This document shows positions 22,899 through 34,059 of a stretch of 64,000 nt of DNA, in pieces. The DNA is from Squalus acanthias (lineage: Eukaryota), in assembly GCA_030390025.1 (NCBI GenBank), contig CM059432.1:116004001-116068000 (forward strand). Reading direction: 5' to 3'. The first letter of the stretch is position 1; the number at the start of each line of letters is the position of its first letter. Below the pieces are notes generated by a model that saw nothing but the letters and a program-made list of their open reading frames with translations, was not told the origin of the DNA and made no database searches. The position numbers and the translations under genes were made by a program.

Positions 22899-24060
22899 CT
22901 AGAAGCGGCTTGCTATCAGCCGTTGACGGACGGCCCTTGCAGTTTCACCATTGTGGGCCGCCCTCCCGCCTTGGTGCTGCTGATGATCATCCTCCTCGTC
23001 CTCTTCCTCCTCTTCCTCCTCCTCCTCTGGTGGTGCTCCAAGGCCTGGTGGCATTGGCTGGGTCCTGATGATTGCCATGTTATGCAACATGCAGCACACA
23101 ACTACGAAGTTGGATACTCGCTCAGGCGAGTACTGCAGGGCTCCTCCAGAATGGTCGAGACAGCGGAACCGTTGCTTCAGCACGCCGATTGTGCGCTCAA
23201 TTATGTTCCTGGTAGCTTGATGGCTCTCGTTGTACCGCAGCTCAGCAGGGGTGTTGGGCGTACGGAGCGGTGTCATCAGCCAGGTGCTCAATGGATACCC
23301 CTTGTCCCCGAGAAGCCAACCAACTGGCTGATGCGGTGCCTTGAAAAGTTCTGCCACAGTAGTCTGGCGCAGGATGAAAGCATCGTGGCAGCTGCCAGGA
23401 TAGTGGGCATTGACAGCGAGTATCAGCTGTCTGTGGTCACAGACCAACTGAACATTCAAGGAATGGAACCTCTTTCTGTTCCGGAATTCCTCGGCATTCT
23501 CATGTGGAGCACGCAAAGCCACATGCGTGCAGTCAATGGCGCCCTGCATCATGGGGAAGCCCGCTATCCTCGCAAAGCCCAGAGCGCGGTCACGCTGCTT
23601 GTCTGGGGTCATGGGGAAAGAGATGAACTCTCGTCTCCTTTTAAAGAGGGCATTTGTGACCTGCCTGGATGCAGCAATGCACCGCGAACTGGGAGATATT
23701 GGCGAGGTCCCCAGCAGCAGCTTGAAATGAGCCAGTAGCATAGAAGTTGAGAGCCACTGTGACCTTCACTGCCACCGACAGAGACGTCCTGGACCTCAGT
23801 TGAGGCTGCAGATCTGGCTGCAGCAGGTGGCAGAGCTCAGTGACCACCTCCTTGCTGAATCGCAGCCTTCGCAAACACAGCTCCTCAGACATATGAATGT
23901 AGGAGAGCTGTTCACGATATACCCTGGGAGGGTAAGCTCTCCTGTACATACGCCTGTTGGCCCTCCTCCGTCTGGCCATCATTGCCACTCTCTCTCTGCG
24001 TCTCTGTGTCCTCCGATTCAGCTGGAGCAGGACGACGCCCCCAATCAGTGCAGCCCCCAT
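22899..24060 (-). pseudogene. HARBI1-like transposase, single +1 frameshift at 23667-23668
   Basis: GAIDCTH, CHDAFIL, LGDKGY and IIERTIG all intact; removing one base restores HCCIRQVT and a 386-aa ORF. Confidence 0.92.
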
Positions 24061-24954
24061 AATCTCTTTGCAAGCAAAGTTATGAAGGACAGCAACCAAA
24101 GTAGCAGCGAAGTTAGGATCAGTAGGCAAAACTACCTCACAAAGCGTTGACTCAATGCAGAAGTCTCTCTTTCTCTCTCTCCGAATCTCTCTCTCTCTCT
24201 CAGAACGAGTGGTGCAAAAATGTCAACCACAGAAAAAGACAGGAAGAGGCCCCCTTTAAATAGCGCCCCCCCCAGCCCCACAGCGATTGATAGCGTTCCA
24301 GTCTTCCGGTCGTTGGATGCGCCAGGCGGTAAGGCAGGGGGCGCCACTCAATTTCCGCTCCGGGGCGCCACAAGGGCGTTGCACCATGGAATGACGTCAC
24401 AATCTGCGCGCGCAGGTGGTCGCGGTGGTAAAGTTTAGCGCCGCCGCACAATGTCTAGTTAAGTTCCCGAGCGGCGCAAACATCGCTTCGCCCGGGCACT
24501 AGCGGCTTTGCGCCCCATTAGCGCCATCTTAAGGCGCTAACGGGAGGCGCAACCAACTGAATTTTTACCCCCTGGTTTCTCCGCCATGGTGGGACATCGG
24601 TCCGAATATCGAGATTCCCCCATGGATTCGTGTGATTTCTCATGTGATTGTAGTAGTGCAATGTAATGTGTGTCAGTGTTTTACCTTCTCCGGTTATCAT
24701 GCAGAAAGCGAAGTAAAACACTCCGAAACCGGTGGCAAGCTTTGATTAAAGAATAGCTCGGAGTTGACTGTCTGTTTGTGTATATACCTGTAACTGTGAT
24801 GTGATTTGTTGTATAAAGTGTGAGATACAGGACCCTGGGGTAAAATTTGATGTGCGGTTTGGTTGGGATATACAGTGCGCCTCCCGCAGCGGAAGACGAC
24901 AGAACTTTTGATGATATTTCTGTTTGGGAAAAGTTGAAATATCAAAGGGGGGCC

Positions 24955-25883
24955 TGTAGCAGTCGGCGCAGACTGCATGGATTTTTAGCCCTTCTTAAAA
25001 ACTGGACAGGCTGCTTGGGGGGGAGGAAGCAGTGAAAAACCACTCAAGCTGGCGATGACTCATTTATATGGAAACAAACTGTCCTTGGGAACAATGGCCC
25101 GAGAGGCCCACTCCCAAGATTAACAAGGCTGACGACTCATTGTTCTGGTCAAGATGAACTCGTTAAGTTAATCGGCAGGAAGATCGAAATGAGATCAAAA
25201 ACCATTCAAACCTGGAAGGAAGCTTGAAGACCATTCCCTGAGGCCATGTGTCCATTAAAACCACAGACAGCGGTCTGTGTATTGGGGGGGTATATTAGAG
25301 AGCAGTTTGGATAGCTCTCTCTCTCTCTCTCCTGCCCTCCACACAACGGAACGTCAAGAGGAGCAGAGCCTTGCTCTTCCAACCGAGACGGATTTCGACT
25401 AAGACTGGGACTCGCATGCTGCAAGGCCGGTACGGAACCAGGTAGCCGAGACATATGGGAGGAAGCTGCAAGCAAGATCAAGGGCAATCTAGGTGAGCAT
25501 TGCCAAGCCTACACACCCACAAGATCACTTAGCTGTGTGAGGGGGTGCCTGTATGTTCCTACCAAACCAGAGGGGGTTTAGCGTTGGAAGGGTCCTGTGA
25601 TAGTTTAGTTCACGGGAGGGTGGTTTTAGGCCGTGGTAAGTCAGCACGGCAGGGGCTTGTTGGACAAGTCAGGGTTGTACTATTTGAAACTGTACTGTTG
25701 TGTTCACACCGCTTGTACTGTATGCGAGTGGAGTGGTTTTTTGTCAACCTTAATAAACACTGTACGGGTGAGCCCGAAAACGCTGTTCATGTTCAAATCT
25801 GTCCTCAGTGATCCCTATCGTCCAGAACTTGTAGTAAGGGGGTTTGCGTGCTCGCTACGGGCGGGGCGAAACCACTTACAACA
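24955..25883 (+). mobile_element. Complete LTR (about 930 bp)
   Basis: TG...CA; PPT aaagggggg at 24944-24952; TATA-like motif about 25291; AATAAA 25752-25757. Confidence 0.85.
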
Positions 25884-26111
25884 ATTGGCGATTGCGGCAG
25901 GGGCCATAGGAAATTGGCCACCGCAAAAACCAGTTACAGCCACTATCTTTATTCCAATCTATCTGGGGGTAATTAAAAATCACCCAATAGTATCGCCCTA
26001 TTGTTCTTACATATCTCTCTGAACTGTCTTCCGATCTCCAACTCTACCTCATCTTTACTGTTTGAAGGCAAGTAATGCACACCAATAATTGTATAATTTC
26101 CCTTCCATAGC

Positions 26112-26820
26112 AACATAGAAACATAGAAGATAGGAGCAGGAGTAGGCCATTCGGCCCCTCGAGCCTGTCCATTCGATGAGATCATGGCTGATCATCCAAA
26201 CTCAGTACCCTGTACCTGTCTTCTCCCCATAGCCCTTGATACCTTTAGCTTTAAGAAATATATCTAACTCATTCTTGAATATATTTAATGACTTGGCCTC
26301 AACTACCTTCTGTGGTAGAGAATTCCACAGGTTCACCACTCTCTGGGTGAAGAAATTCTTCCTCATTTCTGTCCTAAATGGCTTACCCCTTATCCTAAGA
26401 TTATGACCCCTGGTTCTGGACTCTCTGACCATCGGGAACATTCTTCCTGCATCTAGTTTGTCCAGACCTGTCAGAATTTTATATGTTTCGATGAGATCCC
26501 CTCTCATTCTTCTATACTCCAGCGAGTATAAGCCCAATCGACCCAATCTCTCCTCATATGTCATTCCTGCCATCCCAGGTATCAGCCTTGTGAATCTTCG
26601 CTGAACTCCTTCCATGGCAAGAACATCCTTCCTCAGATAAGGCGACCAAAACTGCACACAGTACTCAAGGTGTGGTCTCACCAAGGCCCTGTACAACTGC
26701 AGCAGGACATCCCTGTTCCTATACTCAAACCCTTTCGCTATGAAGGCCAACATACCATTTGCCTTCTTCACCGCCTGCTGCACCTGCATGCTTACCTTCA
26801 GCGACTGGTGCACAAGGACA
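26112..26820 (-). mobile_element. Young CR1 3' fragment
   Basis: ORF 26202-26813 ([15 protein letters not shown]); (TTCTATGT)n tail. Confidence 0.93.
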
Positions 26821-26847
26821 CCTTTTTTCTACTGTCATTATGTAATA

Positions 26848-27390
26848 CAGGAAACTCTTTGTTATCCGGCACTGATGGGACCGGGATGGTGTCGGTTGAT
26901 TAAAAATTCCGGATGACGGAGAGGGTTATCTACCGAGGCTATTTTTAACAAACAAAAATTAAAAAATCAAGAAATGTGCAGTATACAGTAATTGGGTACT
27001 CACCTACAGAATGTTGTGTTAAATAGATGGTGGAAGATGCTTGATTAAGTACAGTGCTTGGACCAACTTTTGGGAATTCCATAATGCAAGATGGGGGAGA
27101 TAATTCACAAAAAAGATGGAGAGACACACAGAAAAATGGCGGATCGGAAGAGACTACTGGCAGCGCGGGAGAGTCAGACTCCTGTTATTGAGGTGTTCGG
27201 ACTTCCGACAGCGCCAAGAAGCCGAGTAGTGGCAGTTTGGAGAACTACCCCCACTGACTAACTCAGCCACCACGGGAGACTCGGACTTGGCAACATTTCC
27301 GGTTATTGAGGTGTTGTTTTCGGAATATGAATTTTGCCGGTTAATAGAGAATTCTGGATATTTAGGTGCCGTTTAAACAAGAGTTTCCTG
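26848..27390. mobile_element. Tc1/mariner (Tigger/pogo-like) MITE
   Basis: About 25-bp TIR CAGGAAACTCTTTGTTATCCGGCAC / GTGCCGTTTAAACAAGAGTTTCCTG with TA on both sides. Confidence 0.85.
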
Positions 27391-27704
27391 TATATAGTAA
27401 GTACAGCTACGCCACCTCCCCTTTTTCCCTCTCTATCTTTTCTAAATATGTTAAACCCTGCAATGTTTAATTCCCAGTCCTGATTTTTCTGTAGCCATGT
27501 CTCAGTAATCCCTACTATATCTGGTTCCTCGCAATGTATTATTGCCTCCAGTTCCCCTGTTTTATTACGGACACTGTGTGCATTGCTATACGGAAAGTTT
27601 AACTCATTTATAATAGCAGTTCCTCTCACTTTATTTTTAACCATCTTTTTACACTCCTGTTCTATAACTCTATTTATTCCCTGGCCATCTATGTACTCCC
27701 TTAG

Positions 27705-30430
27705 TTTTTTTTATTATTCGTTTATGGGATGTGGGCATCGCTGGCAAAGCCAGCATTTATTGCCCATCCCTAATTGCCCTTGAGGAAGTGGTGGTGAGCG
27801 GCCTTCTTGAACCGCTGCAGTCTGTTTGGTGAAGGTACTCCCACTGTGCTGTTCCAGGATTTTGACCTATCGACGATGAAGGATCGGCGATATACTTCTA
27901 AGTCAGGATGGTGTGTGAATTGGAGGGGAACTTGGAGGTGGTGGTGTTCCCATGCGCCTGCTGCCCTTGTCCTTCTAGATGGAAGAGGTCGGGGGTTTGG
28001 GAGGTGCTGCCGAAGAAGCCTTGGTGAGTTGCTGCAGTGCATCTTGTAGATGGTACATACTGCAGCCACAGTACGCCGGTGGTGGAGGGAGTGGATGTTT
28101 AAGGTGGCGGATGGGGTGCCAATCAAGCGGGCTGCTTTGTCCTGGATGGTGTCGAGCTTCTTGAGTGTTGTTGCAGCTGCACTCATCCAGGCAAGTGGAG
28201 AGTATTCCATCACACTCCTTACTTGTGCCTTGTAGATGGTGGAAAGGCTTTGGGGAGTCAGGAGGTGAGACACTCGCTGCAGAATACCTAGCTTCTGACC
28301 TGCTCTTGTTGCCACAGTATTTATGTGGCTGGTCCAGTTAACTTTCTGGTCAATGGTGACCCCCAGGATGTTGATGGTGGGGGATTCGGTGATGGTAATG
28401 CCATTGAATGTCAAGGGGCGGTGGTTAGACTCTCGCTTGTTGGAGATAGTCATTGCCTGGCACTTCTGTGGCGCAAATGTTACCTGCCACTTATCAGCCC
28501 AAGCCTGAATGTCGTCCAGGTCTTGTTGCATGCGGGCATGGACTGCTTCATTATGTGAGAAGTTGTGAATGGCACTGAACACTGTGCAATCATCAGCAAA
28601 CATCCCCATTTCTGACCTTATGTTGGAGGGAAGGTCATTGATGAGGCACCTGAAGATGGTTGGGCCTAGGACACTGCCCTGAGGAACTCCTGCAGCTGTG
28701 ATGATTGACCTTCAATCACCACAACCATCTTTCTTTGTGCCAGTAGAGAGTTTTGCCCCCCGATTCCCATTGACTTCAGTTTTACTAGAGCTCCTTGATA
28801 CTACACTCGGTCAAATGCTGCCTTGATGTCAAGGGCAGTCACTCTCACCTCACCTCTGGAATTCAGCTCCTTTGTCAGTGATTGGACCAAGGCTGTAATG
28901 AGGTCGGGTGCCGCGTGGTCTAGGCGGAACCCAAACTGGACATCAGTGAGCAGGTGCCGCTTGATAGCATTGTCTATGACACCATCCATCACTTTGTTGA
29001 TGATTGAGAGTAGACTGATGGGGCGGTAATTGGCCGGGTTGGATTTGTCCTGCTTTTTGTGGACAGGACATACCTGGGCAGTTTATCAAATTGTTGGATA
29101 GATGCCAGTGTTGTAGCTGTACTGGAACAGCTTGGCTAGAGGTGCGGCTAGTTCTGGAGCACAAGTCTTCAGCACGATAGCCGGGATGTTATCGGGGCCT
29201 ATCGTCTTTGCTGTATCCAGTGCGCTCAGCCATTTCTTGATATCACATGGAGTGAATCAAATAGGCTGAAGACTGGGGACCTCAGGAGTAGGGCGATATA
29301 GATCATCCACTCGGCACTTCTGGCTGAAGATGGTTGCAAACGCTTCAGCCTTGTCTTTTGCACTCATGTGCTGGCTCCACCATCATTGAGGATGGGGATA
29401 TTCATGGAGCCTCCTCCTCCCGTTAGTTGTTTAATGGTCCACCACCATTCACGACTGGATGTGGCAGGACTGCAGAGCTTTGATCTGATCCGTTGATTGT
29501 GGGATCATTTAGCCCTGTCTATAGCATGCTGCTTCCGCTTTTTAGCATGCATGTAGTCTCCTGTGTTGCAGCTTCCCCAGGTTGGCACCTCATTTTTAGG
29601 TACGCCTGGTGCTGCTCCTGGCATGCTCTTCTACACTCCTCATTGAACCAGGGTTGGTCCCCTGGCTTGATGGTAATGGTACAGTGAGGGATATGCCGGG
29701 TCATGAGGTTACAGATTGTTTGGAATACAATTCTGTTGCTGCTGATGGCCCACAGCACCTCATGGATGCCCAGTTTTGAGCTGCTAGATCTGTTCTGAAT
29801 CTATCCCATTTAACACGGTGGTAGTGCCACACAACACGATGGAGGGTGTCCTCAGTTTGAAGACAGGAGTTCGTCTCCACAATGACTGTGCGGTGGTCAC
29901 TGCTACCAATACTGTCATGGACAGATGCATCTGCGACAGGTAGATTGGTGAGGACGAGGTCAAGTAGGTTTTTCCCTCATGTTAGTTCTCTCACCACCTG
30001 TCGCAGGACCGGACTGGCAGTTATGTCCTTCAGGGCTCGACCAGTAGTGGTGCTACCGAGCCACTCTTGGTGATGGACAATGAAGTCCCCCACCCAGTGT
30101 ACATTCTGTGCCCTTGCTACTCTCAGTGCTTCTTCCAAGTGGTGTTCAACATGGAGGAGTACTGATTCATCAGCTGAGGGAGGGCGGTAGGTGGTAATCA
30201 GCAGGATTGAGCTGAAGCCATAAGACTTCATGGGGTCTGGAGTCAATGTTGAGGACTCCCAGGGCCACTCCTTCCCGACTGTATACCACTGTGCTGCCAC
30301 CCCTGGTGGGTCTGTCCTGCCGGTGGGACAGGACAGGACATACCCAGGGATGGTGATGGAGGAGTTTGGGACATCGGCTGAAAGGTATGGTTCTGTGAGT
30401 ATGACTATGTCAGGCTGTTGCTTGACTAGT
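27705..30430 (-). mobile_element. LINE family B (CR1/L2 group), degenerate EN plus RT
   Basis: TYRPP, VGDF, ALDIKAAFDRV, MFADDCT, WADKWQVTF motifs. Confidence 0.9.
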
Positions 30431-30600
30431 GAACCAGATAGGTTTAAAAATCCGATAGTTTCATGGTTATCGTTACTGATACTAGCTTTTTATTCCAGAT
30501 TTATTTAATTGAATTTAAATTCCCCAGCTGCCGTGGTGGGATTTGAACTCACATCTCATGGATCATTAGTCCAGTGACATTTCCACTATGCTACCATTCC
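30428..30600 (-). mobile_element. tRNA-derived SINE 5' fragment
   Basis: Same family as 50975-51425; B-box gttcaaatccc. Confidence 0.7.
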
Positions 30601-33600
30601 CACATCCTCCCTTAGTTTAGTCTTTCCTATGCTCTTCTTTGCTGTTTTGTTTATATTTAGGCTGGTTTCATATCTTGGAGCTCCCTCCTCCTCCCCCCCC
30701 CCCTCCCCCCGTCTTACTAGTTTAAAGTATTTGCCACCTCCCTATTTACCCTTTCCGCTAGGACACGGGTCCCATTCTGGTTCAGGTGGAGCCCGTCGCA
30801 TCGGTACAGCTCCTTCCTGTCCCAGTATTGGTGCCAGTGTCCCCTGAAAAGGATGCCCTCTTTCCCACACCAGCCCTTTAGCCACATGTTAATTCTCCTG
30901 ATCTGACTGTTTCTTTGCCAATTTGCACATGGCTCGGGCAATAATACAGAGATTATTACCCTCGAGGTCCTGCTTTTTAATTTAGCTCTTAACTCCTGAT
31001 TCTCCCTCAGCAGGACCTCCAACCTGTTCCTACCTATGTCGTTTATTCTGACATGGACCACGACAACTGGATTTTCCCCCTCCCTTTCCAAATTCCACTC
31101 TAGCTGCCACGAGATATCCCTTACCCTGGCACCGGGTAAGCAACACACCCTTCGGGACTCTCATTCATGGCTGCAGAGGACGCTATCTATCCCCCTAATT
31201 ATAAAGTCCCCTATCACTATCACATTTCTATTCTGCTCTTCCCCCCTTGGACAGCCTTCTGAGCCACTGTTCCTTGGTCTCCATTGTGGCTGTCCTCCCC
31301 GCAGTCTTTCTCCTTGTCCTCACAGGTAGTGGGCACATTATAGCTATTTGACAGGACCAATGTCTGTGGGACCTCCTTCTCAACCTCTCCTAGGTTCCCG
31401 CTACCCGTCTCCCTAACAGTCACACCCTCCCTTTCCTGAACCTGTGCTTTCCTCTGGGGTGCGACTGTATTCTGGATAAAACTATCTAGAAATTCCTCCC
31501 CCTCCCTTATGTTTCGGAGTGCCTCTAACTCGCGCTCCAGCTCAATGACTCTGAGCTGGAGTGACTGAAGGCATTCCCTGCAGATGTGGGAATCCGGGAC
31601 AGTCTCGCTGTCCATAAACTCCCACATACTGCAGTCCCGACACATAGCCTGTCCTGCCATCTCTAGTCTTTTTTATTTATTTGTTTACTGATAGCCTGAG
31701 TTAAAATTAGGTAGTTTACTTTTGTTTAAAAAAAATAAAACAAATTACTTACTTTTTTACTCACCCGATTTACTCACCCTCAGAGCTCCTCCTCTGTGTT
31801 CGCGTGACGTCACTTGGCTTTCACGGGCTCCTCCACTCTGTTAACTGTGACACCACTTTTGCAAATTTTACGCAGAGTTTGTTTTCCTTGTTCTCCTGAC
31901 GCTCTGCCGCTGCCCCGCCGTGCTTTTGTTGGGTCCTCTCCCGTGGTGCTCTGCGCTCTCCCGACGCTCTCTCATCCAAATCTTTACATTTCTCACAGAG
32001 TGTAGCAGCAAGGTTCCAGCACTTTCACTAAAACCAGTGGCTCAACCATTATAACACATCATACTCGTGTCTTAGATGGTGAGATCACTAGGCTGTGGAA
32101 GCACATCTGGGTTTAAATCTGGAGGCTGCATTTGCACAATGTTCCCTCCTCTCTCCCCACCTGGAACAAAATTCACTTTGGAGCAGAAAGGACTCTGGTC
32201 GCTACTTTTAATAACATGTTTGAATAAAAGTCCAGTATTGTTTAATAGGCTAAGAACCTGTTGCAATACTGAACACAGGACACATCTGAATGTATCCACC
32301 AATCCATTAAAAAGTAGTACACAGAGTAATTTCTGTCCCTTTTTGTTGTCTGCAAAACTTAGATTAATCCTGTTCCATCAGGTCATGTGAAGCTGGATAG
32401 GGGAAGAAAAGAAAATGAACTAAGCAAACCAATGAATGAATTTCTTATCTCTCTGCTGCGCATCTCTATGTCTCGTGTTGGCTTTTCTGCAGTTGTTTTA
32501 TGGGAGGTTAGGTTTGATGTGGAGAAACATCTATTGGCCAACAACTAGTAGCATGAGTTTCCACCATTCCAAGATAATCAGTCACAATTTCATCAAACAA
32601 CTCATTATGCCAAATTGACTGTAAACAAGATTAGACCTGCTGGGTTACTTGACATGGCCTTTCTCCTAGTTGCCCCACCCGCATTCACTCTTGGCATTGC
32701 CGATTGATAAACCAGAATGACACTGAACATTCTTCAGATCGAGCTGTGCCCCATTGCAGTGACACCAATATCAATAACAGGTTGTTGTCTCTCTCTCTCT
32801 CTGTGATTTTAGACTTCTGGCAAAACCGGCACAAAGTCGGTGGAGCAGCCGTACTGCCCAAAGCCAGTGTTGGGAGGCCTGAACCATTTTCGGGTTTGGG
32901 CCTCATTTAAATACTGCAGGAGCCGCTGCAGCTCACCAGTTGCAGGAGGCTGGGAAATCGTCCCTCTCCCATGCCGAGGGGGAGTCGGAGGAGCTGATCC
33001 CAGAGAAGGTTGAACACAGATCCACGGTATTCTTGTGGAGCCAGGAAGAGTGCTCCTGACCTACCAAAGAAATTTTTGGACCTTTTCCTTGTCCCTCTAA
33101 GGACTGCTTGTTAGACCGCTCAACACCTGGAAGAAGTGCAATCAGGGTCGTACAACCGGTGTAGGACCCTGATTTGCATATATAAGCAGCCTCTCGCCGG
33201 AAACAAGTGAGCGAGCAGCTCGCTCATTTACAGGCCCGCCTGAAAATTGTGTCAGGTGGGTCCAGGGCATCAATAGGATGGCCGAGGTGCCCCCACAAAT
33301 TTCAACTGCCAGCCGCCCATTTTTCAGGCGAGACTCAGGTGGCAGGCAGTTGAAAATCGTCTCCGTGTGTCTTTCTGCACACCTATGCATCTGCCGAGAT
33401 AGGTCTCTTTTTCCAGTATCACTGACAAAAATAAACTGAGAGCAAAAAAAACCTCCCACAAAGTGAAAACACAAATGCCAGTACTTTTCGCACCGTGGCA
33501 GTTGCAGCAATCCAACAGAACTTGTACCTGTGTGCCGCTCCGTTCACTTCAGCAGCCCCATTTCCGTGTGGCAAAGTAGAACAAATGTGCAAAAACAATG

Positions 33601-33720
33601 AAAGCAATTGTTACAATCTGGAATGCACTGCCTGAAAGGGCGGTGGAAGCAGATTCAACAGTAACTTTCAAAAGGGAATTGGATAACTACTTGAAAAGGA
33701 AAGATTTACTCGGATATGGG

Positions 33721-33844
33721 CAATGTTCCCCCTAATTATTTTTTAAGGGGCTGCGCGGCCCATTCACAGTTTTGCGCATTTAACATTGGAAAAGCCAGTC
33801 TTGGACCGCGCAGGACTGACAGAGAGCTGCGCGAGGGAATGTTG
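33721..33844. mobile_element. hAT-type MITE within a CR1 tail remnant
   Basis: TIR CAATGTTCCC/GGGAATGTTG; 8-bp TSD GATATGGG/GTTATGGG. Confidence 0.8.
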
Positions 33845-33902
33845 GTTATGGGGAAAGATGGGGGGGGGGGGGGAGTGGGACTAATTGGATAGCTCTTCTG
33901 AA

Positions 33903-34000
33903 TAAGAACATAAGAACATAAGAAATAGGAGCAGGAGTAGGCCAATCGGCCCCTCGAGCCTGCTCCGCCATTCAATAAGATCATGGCTGATCTGATCCTA
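33903..34000 (-). mobile_element. CR1 3'UTR/tail fragment
   Basis: (TTCTTATG)n tail and ggcctactcctgctcc motif. Confidence 0.8.
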
Positions 34001-34059
34001 ACCGCCAATCTACTATCTATCACAGAACCATCTCCTGCATCTAACAGAATTGCACACAC

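Larger units (their letters stand above)
19607..24571. mobile_element. Full-length PIF/Harbinger transposon #3 (near intact)
   Basis: TIR GGGGGAAAAATT / AATTTTTACCCC; exact TSD CTG (19604-19606, 24572-24574). Confidence 0.95.
19296..24750 (+). pseudogene. env-like C-terminal fragment (19296-19606 plus 24575-24750), split by Harbinger #3
   Basis: Removing the insertion restores LTKLIKEVELSQKHFYTLEQWNREMGNEIKEL-VSPPWWDIGPNIEIPPWIRVISHVIVVVQC: heptad helix, Trp-rich segment, hydrophobic stretch, just upstream of the PPT. Confidence 0.65.
16830..31970 (-). mobile_element. Old near-full-length CR1 split into pieces (16830-18045, 25938-26110, 26820-26847, 27391-27700, 30600-31970)
   Basis: ORF1 Zn finger/leucine zipper (31220-31660) and SGNH esterase (30717-31148), endonuclease pieces (YSNAHSVRNK, GITETWL, LLGDF) and RT remnant, all collinear. 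Confidence 0.8.

Noticed and set aside
22794..23738. 314-aa + strand ORF with a Leu-rich TM-like stretch (similarly 4869-5258)
   Set aside because: Antisense shadow of the transposase; the poly-Leu run is the complement of the acidic GAG/GAC tract.
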